Below are positions 11,651 through 22,091 of a DNA stretch of 64,000 nucleotides, piece after piece (the stretch's first letter is position 1; the number at the start of each line of letters is the position of its first letter). The notes beneath the pieces were generated by a model, which was not told the DNA's origin, did no database searches, and saw only the letters and a list, made by a program, of their open reading frames with translations. The stretch lies in contig CAWFGE010000005.1 of assembly GCA_963815195.1 (NCBI GenBank), forward strand, positions 19,774 to 83,773, read 5' to 3'. The position numbers and the translations under genes are program-made. This DNA is from an uncultured Planctomycetaceae bacterium. GTDB lineage: Bacteria > Planctomycetota > Planctomycetia > Planctomycetales > Planctomycetaceae.

Positions 11651-11790
11651 GGGTGGCTGGGTGCAAAGGAATGTTCCAAGACAAAAGGAGATTTGAAGCC
11701 TGGGGCCGTGTGAGATTTTTCTCGCCCGGCCACAGCCCCAGCATTCGCAGTTCAAGCCTTATTCCAAGGGGATTTGCGCCCCAGCCACCC
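11651..11790. repeat. MITE/REPIN-like element (family E) in a tRNA spacer
   Basis: Terminal inverted arms GGGTGGCTGGGTGCAAA / TTTGCGCCCCAGCCACCC with a nested CTGGGGC...GCCCCAG hairpin. Confidence 0.7.
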
Positions 11791-11829
11791 AAACGCTTGG
11801 CGTTTGAGTCATCGTCCGTTGGCGAAAAG

Positions 11830-11904
11830 TTGCGGTGGCAGGAATCGAACCCGCGTCAAGACGGTTCAGAGCCGCCGGCCCGTACCAACACAGGCCCCAC
11901 CGCA
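11830..11904 (-). tRNA. tRNA-Gln(CTG)
   Basis: UGCGGUG acceptor, loop CU-CUG-AA, GGUUCGAUUCC; clearly related to the Gln(TTG) gene. Confidence 0.85.
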
Positions 11905-11908
11905 ATAG

Positions 11909-11980
11909 AGCACCCGGTGGGACTCGAACCCACGTTGCCGCATTACGAGTGCGGTGTCCTCGCCGCTGGACGACAAGTGC
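11909..11980 (-). tRNA. tRNA-Thr(CGT)
   Basis: GCACUUG/CGGGUGC acceptor, stem CCGCA/UGCGG, loop CU-CGU-AA. Confidence 0.85.
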
Positions 11981-12011
11981 CGGTTTTGGTGGAAAATCCA
12001 TCCACCCGAAG

Positions 12012-12084
12012 CGCCTCGTAGGGGAATCGAACCCCTGTCTGCGGATTGAAAGCCCGCTATCCTATGCCGTTAGAAGAACGAGGC
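12012..12084 (-). tRNA. tRNA-Glu(TTC)
   Basis: GCCUCGU/ACGAGGC acceptor, loop CU-UUC-AA, GGUUCGAUUCC. Confidence 0.9.
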
Positions 12085-12102
12085 AAGTTGTCGAGTTTTG
12101 AG

Positions 12103-12174
12103 TGGGTTGAGAGGTGCTCGAACCCTCGTCTGCGGCTTTTCAGGCCGCCGCTTTACCGTCTAAGCTATCAACCC
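12103..12174 (-). tRNA. tRNA-Phe(GAA), first gene of the array
   Basis: GGGUUGA/UCAACCC acceptor, stem GCGGC/GCCGC, loop CU-GAA-AA. Confidence 0.85.
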
Positions 12175-12177
12175 AAT

Positions 12178-12207
12178 AAAAAGGCCCGATGCCAGATGAC
12201 ACCGGGC
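12178..12207 (-). terminator. Intrinsic terminator immediately 5' of the tRNA array (putative attenuator)
   Basis: RNA GCCCGGUGUC-AUCU-GGCAUCGGGC-CUUUUU, ending 3 nt before tRNA-Phe. Confidence 0.7.
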
Positions 12208-12238
12208 TGCGATGAGGATTCGCAAAAATGCCAAAGTG

Positions 12239-12340
12239 TCACCGAACCCCAGCACCGTTCAGCCGCGGTTGGCCGCAAAACGGTGCGGGTTCTTGGCTTT
12301 CGAGCCGCGCTTCAGGTTGAAAGAATTGAAATCGCAACAT
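12239..12340 (-). CDS. Putative 33-aa leader peptide of the tRNA array (MLRFQFFQPEARLESQEPAPFCGQPRLNGAGVR)
   Basis: ATG at 12340 to TGA at 12239, lying between a candidate promoter and the terminator; no clear Shine-Dalgarno. Confidence 0.5.
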   Translation of the reverse strand: MLRFQFFQPEARLESQEPAPFCGQPRLNGAGVR

Positions 12341-12383
12341 GGGATTTGGTTTGAGTGAGAGATCGTTGTGGGTTGCTGGTGTT

Positions 12384-12410
12384 TTAGACGCCCTTGGCCG
12401 GGGGAGGTTC
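12384..12410 (-). promoter_or_regulatory. Candidate ECF sigma promoter for the tRNA array
   Basis: GAAC-N16-CGTCTAA on the minus strand, matching the general ECF (G)AAC/CGT architecture. Confidence 0.45.
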
Positions 12411-12600
12411 GCGCCCGTTTGCGTTTTTCTGTACGTTGGCCGGGTCGGAGATTTTCAGCGTTTTCAAGTTTCGGATGAGTTTTCGAGCCGGGCTCCCACG
12501 GGAAGCGAACCGCCCCGCGACCGCCGCGCTAGTTCTTCGCGGGGCATTGATTTACCATGCGCTTCAGCCAATGCAATCCCATCAATCCAAGGGCATTCTC

Positions 12601-14645
12601 ATGCGATGGTTATTTTGTTCGTTGAGTGTTTTGCTCGCCGGGCCTGTTTTGGGCGATGATTTGACGGTGCTGGAAAAGCCCCGGCCGCAGATGCTGCGGG
12701 ATGTGCTCCGGGTCCAGGTGCATCAAGCGCTCGCTGCGAGACGGGCGGCTTATGAAGGTCGCACCGAGCCCGCGGCGATCCCCGAATGGCAGCGAGACTT
12801 GCGGGCCAGGTTCGTGGAAAGTCTCGGCGGATACCCCGAGCGCACGCCGCTCAAACCCCAAATCGTCGGGCGGTTCGAGTCCGATGGCTACCGCGTGGAG
12901 AAGCTCATTTATGAAAGCCGGCCCGAGTTTCACGTGACGGCCACGCTCTATCTGCCCAACGCGAAGCCGCCCTGTCCGGCGGTGCTCTTGCCCTGTGGCC
13001 ATACGGAAAACGGCAAGGCCGCCGGGACCTATCAGCGCGTGGCCATTCTGCTGGCGAAGAACGGGATCGCGGTGCTGTGTTACGACCCCGTCGGCCAGGG
13101 CGAACGAAAGCAAATTCTCAAAACCAACAAAGCCGGCGAGCCTCTCGCCGCCGGGCAATTTTCATCGACCAGCGAGCATTCCATCACGGGAGTCGCACCG
13201 ATTCTCTTGGGGCAGTGCCTGGCGAGCTATCGTATCTGGGACGGCATCCGGAGCATCGATTATCTTTGCTCCCGGCCGGATATTGATGCGAAGCGCATCG
13301 GCTGCACGGGGAACTCCGGCGGCGGTTTAATGACGAGCTATCTGGCCGCGCTCGATGAGCGGATCCAGGCCGCGGCCCCAGGGTGTTTCATCACCACGAC
13401 CCGCATCAAAAACGAACGGCCCGGCCCCGGCGATGCGGAGCAGAACATCTTCGCCCAGACCGCCTATGGTTTGGACCACGCGGATTATCTGATGCTCGCC
13501 GCCCCGCGTCCGGTGCTGATTTGCTCCGCCACCGAGGATTTCGTGCCCGTCGAAGGCGCGTGGAATTCCTTCCGCCAGGCCAAGCGGCTCTACACGCGGT
13601 TGGGCGTTCCGGAACGGGTCGACCTGGTCGAGGCCGATGAAAAGCACGGCTTCTCGAAGCCACTCCGCCTCGCCGTCCTCCAATGGATGAGGCGGTGGCT
13701 GCTCAATGTCGATGAACCCGCGGACGAACAAGAGTTCGAGGTGCATACCGAACAGCAACTCACATGCACGCCCCGCGGGCAGGTACTTCTGCTCAAGGGC
13801 GCGAAATCCCTCAACGATCTGTACCGCGAACAGGCGCGGGAACTGAAGAGCCAGCGCGAGAAGTGGAACCGGGAAATTCCCGCCGCGGCGCGGATCGCCA
13901 AGATTTGCGAACTCATCCGCGCCAAGGGTTGGGATCAGCTTCCGCCGCCCAAGGCCCGCACCGCCGGAAGGCTCGACCGCAACAGTTGCCAAATCGAAAA
14001 ACTGATTCTCGCACCCGCCGAGGGCATCGTTCTGCCCGCTTTGTTATTCGAACCTCCGGACGCGGGGAATAAGATCGTGTTGTATGTTCACGGTGAGGGA
14101 AAACACGCTGATGCGCAGGTGGGGGGCAGAATTGAACAGCTCGATGAAAAAAGGCCGGAGGGTGTTCGCGGTCGACCTGAGGGGTTACGGCGAAACCGAA
14201 TCTCCCGCCTGGCGGTTCAACAAGACCTACATGGGCACGAATGCCGCGGAGTATTTCATCTCGTATATGCTGGGGCGATCGCTGGTCGGCGCGGGCGGAG
14301 GATGTTCTTTCCGCCGCCAAGTATTTGAAGCAGCGGTTTCCGAATGCCGACCTGGAACTCGTTGCGGTGAGCCGGGCCGGAATACCGGCTCTGCATGCGG
14401 CCGCGATTTCGCCGAATGCCTTTGTGGCGGTGCATCTCGATCAAACGCTGGACTCCTGGAGCCGCGTGATCGAAACTCCTGTCACAATCGACCAATTGGA
14501 AAACACCGTCCACGGCGCACTGCGGTTTTTCGACTTGCCGGATCTCGTGGACCTCGCGGGCCCCGGCAAGGTGACGATCACGAATCCTCAGGACGCCGCC
14601 GGCCAGCCCATTCGGTCCGAGCCGGCGGAAGCGTCGCAGCGATAA
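12601..14645 (+). CDS. Secreted two-domain alpha/beta hydrolase (acetylxylan esterase-like), frameshifts near 14148 and 14292
   Basis: Signal peptide, LPCGH, YDPVGQGER, nucleophile motif GCTGNSGGG, DAEQN; second domain VDLRGYGET continues in other frames. Confidence 0.8.
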
Positions 14646-14647
14646 CC

Positions 14648-15788
14648 TCACGTCTCCAAGGCTTGCCGCATGTCGGCGACGAGGTCGTCGGGATGCTCGA
14701 TACCCACCGAGACGCGAATCGTCCGCTCCGAAATCCCCGCGTTCCGGCGGGCTTCCAAAGTCATCGAAGCGTGGCTCATGGTTTCGGGATATTCCACGAG
14801 CGACTCCACGCCGCCCAGCGATTCCGCGAGTTGGAACACTTTAAACCGCTCCAAGACCCGCTCGGCGAACGCCCCGTCGCCCTTCACATCGAAACTCAGC
14901 ATCGCCCCGAAGCCGTCCTGCTGGCGCTTGGCGAGTTCGTACTGGGGATGCGATTCCAAACCGGGATAATAGACGCGATCGACCTGGGGATGTTCCGCGA
15001 GCATCCGGGCGACCGCCATCGCCGCCCGCTGATGGGCCTCCATTCGCGGGCCCCAAAGTCTTGATGCCCCGCAGCACCAGCCAGGCATCGAACGGCGAGC
15101 ATCCCAGGCCGAGAGCGTTCACGATATACGCCACGCGCTCGGCGTGCTCTTGCTCCTTGGTGACGACGCAACCGCCCACCACGTCCGAATGGCCGTTCAG
15201 ATATTTTGTGGTGGAGTGAATCACAACATCCACGCCATGCTCGAACGGCCGCTGGAGATAGGGGGACAGGAACGTGTTGTCGGCAATGCTGATCGCCCCC
15301 TGCTCTTTGGCGATCTTGGTGATTGTGAGAATCTCCACGATGTTCAACAGCGGATTCGAAGGCGTTTCGATCCAGATTCCCTTGGTTTCGGGAGTAACGG
15401 CGGACTGCACGTTCTTGGGGTTCCCCATGTTCACGAAGGAAAACATCAAACCCATTCGCGTGAAGACATCCGCAAACAGCCGATAGGTGCCGCCGTAAAT
15501 ATCATGTCCCGCAATGATGTGGTCGCCCGGCTCGAACAGGTGCATCACCGCGGTGATCGCCGCCATCCCGGTGCAGGTGGCCCGGCACCCGATGCCGCCT
15601 TCGAGCGAGGCGATGTTCTCTTCGAGAGCCGCCCGCGTGGGGTTGCCGCTGCGGGTGTAATCGAACCCCCGATTCGTCCGCAGATCGTCCCAGCGAAACG
15701 TCGACGTGGGATAAATCGGGGTCGTGGCGCTGTTATAAGCGGCATCTTTATTCACGCCTTCGTGGACGCAACGCGTTTGAAACTTCAT
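14648..15788 (-). CDS. metB: Cystathionine gamma-synthase / trans-sulfuration PLP enzyme (frameshift near 15052)
   Basis: YTRSGNPTR, ETPSNP, DNTF, HSTTKYLNGHSDV (PLP lysine), ESLGGVESL, RVSVGIE. Confidence 0.88.
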
Positions 15789-16117
15789 GGCAGTTCGACG
15801 GGCTCCGTAAAGCAAGAGGAAAATACAACCAACCGCGAAACCAGAGCCGTACCAGGCGGGGTTGGTTCGCGATCGATTGTCTTTTGAGGGGTGGATCTTT
15901 GTTGTGCTGATAAGCATCGGCATTGATCGCGTAGAGTGTACGGGACGCTTCGGGCAGATACAACGATCTCTTCGCATCAATTTCGACGGCCGACCGTTCT
16001 GGCGGGCACGATTGGAATGCCGGGCGAAACGGATATACTGAAAAGCATGCGAACACCGGAAGGACGTTTCCCCGACGCCTACCTTTTGCCGCCGACTTCT
16101 CCAATAGGAACCTTGGC

Positions 16118-17545
16118 ATGAACGCTTGTTGCAACCGACTGGCTGTGTGCGCGGGAGTGCTGGTTTTGATCGCGGCGGCGCCGGCGTTCGCTGCGGATCC
16201 GCTTCGGGAACAGGCCGAGCAAACGTTGAAAAAAGCTGCGACCTATTACCGTACCCAAGTGGCTTCGCACGGAGGATATGTTTACCACTACAGTCCCGAC
16301 CTCAGCCGCCGCTGGGGCGAAGGCGTGGCGACGGCGGATCAAATCTGGGTCCAGCCGCCCGGCACGCCGACGGTGGGGCTGGCCTATCTCGCGGCCTACA
16401 ACGCCACGGGCGACACGTTCTACTTGGAAGCCGCCACCGCCGCCGCGGAGGCTTTGATCTACGGCCAACTCGAATCCGGCGGCTGGACCAACAGCGTGGA
16501 CTTTAATCCGCAAGGCAGCCACGTGGCCCAATACCGCAACGGCAAAGGCCGGGGCAAAAACTATTCCTCGCTCGACGACGGCCAGACACAGTCGGCTTTG
16601 AGGTTTTTGTTTCACATCGATCAGGCGCACAAGTTCCAAAACGCCGCCATCCACGAAGCTGCGCTCACGGGACTGAAAGCCTTGTTGAACGCCCAGTTCC
16701 CCAACGGTGCCTTTCCGCAAGTCTGGGCGGGCCCGGTTTCCGCAGAGCCCATGTTGAAGGCCAACTATCCGGATTATGACTGGCGCACGGAAGGCAGAAT
16801 CAAAGAGTACTGGAACATGTACACATTGAACGACGATCTGGCAGGATATGTCTCCGACACCTTGATCGGTGCTCATACGATCTACGACGATAAAAAACCG
16901 CTCGATGCGCTGTTGCGGTTGGGGGATTTTTTGCTCATTGCCCAAATGCCCGAACCGCAGCCGGCGTGGGCGCAGCAATATAACTATCAAATGCAACCCA
17001 TTTGGGCGAGGAAATTCGAGCCGCCGGGCGTTTCGGGCAGGGAATCGCAGGATGCGATGGACACGCTCCTCAAGATCACTCGCTATACCAATAACCCGAA
17101 ATACCTCGAACCGATCCCGCGGGCGCTCGCCTACCTGAAAAAATCGCAACTCCCCGACGGCCGATTGGCCCGCTACTATGCGCTAAAAACCAACCGCCCG
17201 CTGTATATGTTCCGCCGCGGCAAGGTCTATAGCCTGACCTATGATGACAGCGATTTGCCGGACCACTATGGCTGGAAAACCGAATCGCGTTTGGATCAAA
17301 TCGCCCGACAATACCAGGCGGCGAAACAGAATAAACCATTAGAGGTAAAGACGGCCAAAAACCTCGAACCGGAGGTCCGGAAGATTATTAAGGCCCTCGA
17401 TGACCAAGGCCGTTGGATGAGCCACTACACCGGCGAACGCCTCGTCGGTCAGCCCAAATTCAAGAAGGGCGAAGCGTATTTGTCGAGTGCTGTTTTCAGC
17501 CATAATATGACGACGCTCAGCGAGTATCTTATAAAGACAAAATAG
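16118..17545 (+). CDS. Secreted pectate lyase, PL10-like (pectic acid lyase)
   Basis: Signal peptide; [51 protein letters not shown]. Confidence 0.8.
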   Translation: MNACCNRLAVCAGVLVLIAAAPAFAADPLREQAEQTLKKAATYYRTQVASHGGYVYHYSPDLSRRWGEGVATADQIWVQPPGTPTVGLAYLAAYNATGDTFYLEAATAAAEALIYGQLESGGWTNSVDFNPQGSHVAQYRNGKGRGKNYSSLDDGQTQSALRFLFHIDQAHKFQNAAIHEAALTGLKALLNAQFPNGAFPQVWAGPVSAEPMLKANYPDYDWRTEGRIKEYWNMYTLNDDLAGYVSDTLIGAHTIYDDKKPLDALLRLGDFLLIAQMPEPQPAWAQQYNYQMQPIWARKFEPPGVSGRESQDAMDTLLKITRYTNNPKYLEPIPRALAYLKKSQLPDGRLARYYALKTNRPLYMFRRGKVYSLTYDDSDLPDHYGWKTESRLDQIARQYQAAKQNKPLEVKTAKNLEPEVRKIIKALDDQGRWMSHYTGERLVGQPKFKKGEAYLSSAVFSHNMTTLSEYLIKTK

Positions 17546-17574
17546 CGACCGCCGCGAAGAGCGCCTTTGAAAAG

Positions 17575-17656
17575 GTGAGCGGTAGGCGCTAGCCTCCGGT
17601 TTCGTTGAACGGAGACACTTGAATCCAAGGCCGGCGGCTAGCGCCGTCCCGCTCAC
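17575..17656. repeat. REP-like inverted repeat (family B, GGCGCTAGCC)
   Basis: GTGAGCGGTAGGCGCTAGCCTCCGG ... CCGGCGGCTAGCGCCGTCCCGCTCAC. Confidence 0.7.
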
Positions 17657-17720
17657 TTTGATGGAATGCACATTTTTGCCCACGTATCAGGTTGAGAACG
17701 AATCTCGCCCAGGTTTTTTT

Positions 17721-20693
17721 ATGAATCGACACATAATACGAGACACTCTCCTATTTCTTTCCGCCTTTATGACTACGACGGCACCGGGGGCGGAGGTGCA
17801 CGATGTGCCCGAACCGTTGCCGGCCAAGGAAGCGGCCCAGAAGATGATTGTGCCGGAAGGATTTCACGTGACGCTGTTCGCGGGCGAACCCGCGGTGCGT
17901 CAGCCGATCGCGTTTTGCATCGACGACCGCGGGCGGCTGTGGGTCGCGGAGGCTTATAACTATCCCCATCACGGCACCCGGCCCGGCGACCGGATTTTGA
18001 TACTTGAGGATACAAACGGCGACGGGGCATTCGACAAACGCACCGTATTCTATGATAAGCTCAACTATGTGACGGGGATTGAAGTCGGTTTCGGCGGGGC
18101 CTGGGTCATGTCGCCACCTTACTTCTATTTCATCCCCGACCGCGACGGCGACGATCGGCCGGATGCAGCTCCTAAAATCCTGCTCGACGGCTTCGGAAAT
18201 CACGCCAACGCGCATAACCTCGCCAACGGGTTTGCCTGGGGGCCGGACGGTTGGCTCTATGGCACGCACGGCCGCACGAACTGGTCGCTGCTGGGAAAGC
18301 CCGGCACGCCGGATGACGAGCGCATTCGCTTCGACGGCGGGGTCTATCGCTATCATCCCACCCGCCATGTGTGGGAACCGTTTGCCGACGGCACGACCAA
18401 TCCCTGGGGCATCGACTGGAACGACTACGGCGACGCCTTCGTGTGCAACTGCGTGAACCCGCATTTGTTTCAAGTGATCCAGGGCGCCGATTACGAGCCT
18501 TGGCGAAACCGCGAGTCCAGCCGGTATGCCTACGAACGCATCCCGACGATTGCCGACCATCTGCATTTCGTGGGCGCGAGGAACGTGCGAGATGGTCTCG
18601 GCTCCCGCGAGGAAGATCTGGCCGGGGGCGGGCACGCGCATTGCGGCACGATGATTTACCTCGGCGACAACTGGCCCAAGAGCTATCGCAACACCCTGTT
18701 TACCAATAACATCCACGGGCGGCGGATCAATAACGACATTCTCCACCGCGAAGGCTCCGGGTATCGCGCTTCGCACGGCCACGATCTGATGCAGGCGCGC
18801 GACCCGTGGTACATGGGCGTCACATTGGCTTATGGGCCGGACGGAGCCGTCTATGCCAGCGACTGGTCGGACACCGGCGAATGCCACAGCGTCCGCAACA
18901 CCCGGCGGGAGACCGGGCGGATCTATAAGATCGCCTATAAAAAGCCCGAACCCGTCCAAGTCAACCTGGCGCAATCGAGCAACGAGGAGTTAGTCAAACT
19001 CCAACTCCACGAAAACGATTGGTACGTCCGCCACGCGCGACGGCTTTTAGAAGAGCGGGCGTTTCAGAAGCAGGATATGTCAGCGGTTCACCGGCAACTG
19101 GCCGCGATATTTCGCGAGCAAGCGGACGTGCCTCGGAAGCTCCGCGCGCTCTGGGCACTGTATGTCACGGGCGGCGCGACCGACGAATTCTTAATCCGCG
19201 CCTTGGATCACGAAAATCAATATCTCCAGGGCTGGGCGATCCGCCTGTTGTGCGAGACCCGGCGGGTTTCGGATCAGGCGGTCTCTCGCTTCGTGGAACT
19301 CGCCGGCCCGGGAAGTTCGTCTTATGTGCGTTTGCAGCTCGCGTGCGCCCTCCAAAGACTGGAACCGAAACAGCGCTGGCCGATCGCGGAAGTTCTCGTC
19401 GCAAATCAAGAAGACGTTGCCGATGCGAATTTGCCTTTGATGATTTGGTATGGAGTCGAGCCGCTCGTCCACGCGGATCGAAAGCGGTTTATTCAACTGG
19501 CGGCCAAGGCGGAGATTCCGCGGATTCGCCGGCACATCGCCCGCCGGGTGCTGGCGAATCCCAAGGAAACCGCGGGTCTCGATCTTTTGGTGCAGTTGTT
19601 GGGGGAAGCCGGTGGAAATCAACGTCTCGAAGATGTGCTCTCGGGCATGCTCACCGGTCTTGAAGGCTCGCGCACGGTGAAGATGCCCAAGTCCTGGCCG
19701 GGAATCTATGAAAAACTCCATCAAAATCAAGACGGCGAAGTCCGCCGAGGCGCTTTGAGGCTCGCGTTGAAATTCGATGATCCCGCGGCCTACGCCACGC
19801 TGCGGAAAATCGCAGAGGATGCCGGCGAAGCCAAGGCGAACCGGACCGAAGCCATCCAGGCGCTGGTGCAGAAGAAGCCGAACGATCTGCCGGACGTGCT
19901 CTTGAAACTCATCCGCGACCCCGCGACGCAGGATGCAGCGCTTCGCGGATTGGCGGAATATACCGATCCGAAAATCGGCAAGACGATCCTGGCTCTCTAT
20001 TCCTCTCTGAATGAAACCGGCCGGCAGAATGCCCTGTTGACCTTGGCGTCCCGCGGCGACTGGGCGATGGCGATGCTCGATCGCGTTGAGGCCAAAACCA
20101 TCGCCGCCAGCGATTTGACCGCTTATACCGCCCGGCAGCTTGAGAACCTGGACGATCCCAAGATCACCGCCCGGTTGAAATCCTTGTGGGGCAACGTGCG
20201 GCCGACCCCGGCGGAGAAAGCCCAACTCATCGCCAGGTTCAAAAAACGCTTGACTCCCGACACGTTGAGCGGGGCGGATCGCCAGGCGGGGCGGGCGCTT
20301 TTTCAAAAGACCTGTGCCAACTGCCATAAGCTGTTCGGCGAAGGCGGCAAGATCGGCCCGGATATTACGGGGGCCCAGCGGACGAACCTGGATTATCTGT
20401 TGGAAACTCTGATCGATCCGAGCGCTTTGGTTGCGAAGGATTATCAGATGGAAAAAATCGCCACCACGAGCGGGCGGACGATTACGGGACTCGTGGTGGA
20501 GGAAACCGAAGCCGCGGTGACCGTGCAAACCGTCAACGAGAAAGTCATTATTCCGCTCGGCGAAATCGAACAGCGGGCGACCTCGCAGGTTTCGATGATG
20601 CCTGACGGATTATTGGAAAAGCTCTCGGCGGACCAAATCCGAGATTTGATGGGTTACGTGTCGGGATTAGATCAGGTGCCGTTAAAGAACTAA
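17721..20693 (+). CDS. PVC-type haem-binding CxxCH membrane-bound dehydrogenase-like protein
   Basis: Beta-propeller (VPEGFHVTLFAGEP, DDRGRLWVAE, WGPDGWLY), HEAT repeats, CANCH, SMMPDGL. Confidence 0.9.
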   Translation: MNRHIIRDTLLFLSAFMTTTAPGAEVHDVPEPLPAKEAAQKMIVPEGFHVTLFAGEPAVRQPIAFCIDDRGRLWVAEAYNYPHHGTRPGDRILILEDTNGDGAFDKRTVFYDKLNYVTGIEVGFGGAWVMSPPYFYFIPDRDGDDRPDAAPKILLDGFGNHANAHNLANGFAWGPDGWLYGTHGRTNWSLLGKPGTPDDERIRFDGGVYRYHPTRHVWEPFADGTTNPWGIDWNDYGDAFVCNCVNPHLFQVIQGADYEPWRNRESSRYAYERIPTIADHLHFVGARNVRDGLGSREEDLAGGGHAHCGTMIYLGDNWPKSYRNTLFTNNIHGRRINNDILHREGSGYRASHGHDLMQARDPWYMGVTLAYGPDGAVYASDWSDTGECHSVRNTRRETGRIYKIAYKKPEPVQVNLAQSSNEELVKLQLHENDWYVRHARRLLEERAFQKQDMSAVHRQLAAIFREQADVPRKLRALWALYVTGGATDEFLIRALDHENQYLQGWAIRLLCETRRVSDQAVSRFVELAGPGSSSYVRLQLACALQRLEPKQRWPIAEVLVANQEDVADANLPLMIWYGVEPLVHADRKRFIQLAAKAEIPRIRRHIARRVLANPKETAGLDLLVQLLGEAGGNQRLEDVLSGMLTGLEGSRTVKMPKSWPGIYEKLHQNQDGEVRRGALRLALKFDDPAAYATLRKIAEDAGEAKANRTEAIQALVQKKPNDLPDVLLKLIRDPATQDAALRGLAEYTDPKIGKTILALYSSLNETGRQNALLTLASRGDWAMAMLDRVEAKTIAASDLTAYTARQLENLDDPKITARLKSLWGNVRPTPAEKAQLIARFKKRLTPDTLSGADRQAGRALFQKTCANCHKLFGEGGKIGPDITGAQRTNLDYLLETLIDPSALVAKDYQMEKIATTSGRTITGLVVEETEAAVTVQTVNEKVIIPLGEIEQRATSQVSMMPDGLLEKLSADQIRDLMGYVSGLDQVPLKN

Positions 20694-20784
20694 CCCGGCC
20701 GATCGAGGGATGACTGTCTCGTTTCCGATCATTCAAAAACTCGCGATCAAAACGAGATTTGCGAACGGGCTTCGTGGGCGTCTT

Positions 20785-21833
20785 TTATCCCGGGAGGGTG
20801 ATGACGAACTCCGCCCCTCGTTTCCGCCGTTGCCGACTTCGATCGTGCCGCGGTGGGCTTCGGCGATTCGCTTGACGATCGCCATGCCCAGGCCCATGCC
20901 TTGCGACTTGGTTGTGTAGAAGGCCTCGAACACCTTGCGTTTTTGTTCTTGGGTCAGGCCGGGGCCGTTGTCGCGAACGGCGATCCGGAGAGCCGAGCTG
21001 CCTGCGAGCGTCGTCTCCGCGCAGTGAATTTCAATCCGCACCGGATCCGTGCAGGCGGCGAGGGCGTTCTCGAACAGATTCCGAAACACCTGCTCCAACC
21101 GGGCGGCATCGATGGCGCGGTTCAAGTCCACGCCGTTCGGGAATTCCTGAAATTCCACCATTCGCGTTTTCCAGGTCGCGTTGAGATTCTGCCAGGCCTC
21201 CCGCCAAACGGCGGACACGTCGGCGAGTTTCGGTTCGAGCTTGACCGGAGCCGAGAATCCGCGGACCTCCTCAAAATGGCTTTGAATCTCGTGGCTGGCC
21301 GCATGGATGCGTTCGAGGATATTCACGAGGTCCGGCGTTTGGCCGAGGCTCAGCCGCAAGACCTCGAGGCCCGCTTGAATCCGCTGAAGGGCGTTGCGGT
21401 TTTCGTGGGTGATGGCGGCGACCATCTGGCCGATCGCGGCGAGCCGTTCGGATTGCAGCACTCGCTTCTCGGCTTCCTGCAGCTTCATCACGCGGGCCAG
21501 GCTCATCCGCAGGGCCTCGGGGTGGATGGGCTTTAGGATATAATCAGCCGCCCCATGCCTAAGGGCCGAGATCGTCCCGTCCATGTCCGCATAGCCTGTG
21601 ACGATAATCACCGCCGCTTCGGGCGCGAGTTGTTTCAGCCGCGGCAAAAACTCGTCGGCGGTCCCATCCGGCAGGTTGCGATCCAAAAGAATCGCCGCAT
21701 ATTCGGACCAGCATTCGCGAGCCAAGGCCTCCTGGAGCGTGGTCGCGGCATCGACGCGGAAGCCGTCCAGTTCCAAGATGTCTAAGAGGTTGGCTTGCGT
21801 ATCGCGATCGTCTTCGATGGAGAGAATGTGCAT
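20785..21833 (-). CDS. Hybrid response regulator-histidine kinase (1-nt error near 20815 extends the ORF to 20733)
   Basis: Receiver IEDD/LLDRNLPD/ILKP; H box THENRN, N box NLFEN, DNGPG, GMGLG; corrected end GAEFVITLPG*. Confidence 0.88.
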
Positions 21834-22091
21834 AATGGTCCCCAGCATCTCGTCGGGCCAACGATTCCAGCCTTTTTAACCCACGGCAGTAGCCCCTGGA
21901 TGCGGCGCGGGCATTATAGATGCCGGGAAACGCCCCCTGCAACCGCCGAAACCCCTGCAAATCCTCGCGTTCAAGAATCCAGGATTTGACAGTTCCCGCT
22001 CTTCATTGCGAGAATGCCTTGGACGGACGGCCAGAAAAACCATTTCAAGAAGCGGGCACAAAACAGAGGCACTCACAAGGATGGCGGGATG

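Noticed and set aside
10598..12174. tRNA array as a prophage or integrative element
   Set aside because: No integrase, att-site duplication or phage genes lie nearby, and the flanks are ordinary chromosomal genes.
15890..15920. SAM-I riboswitch upstream of metB (CUUAUC)
   Set aside because: No downstream GCAAC/GUGC/GAUAA core could be found.
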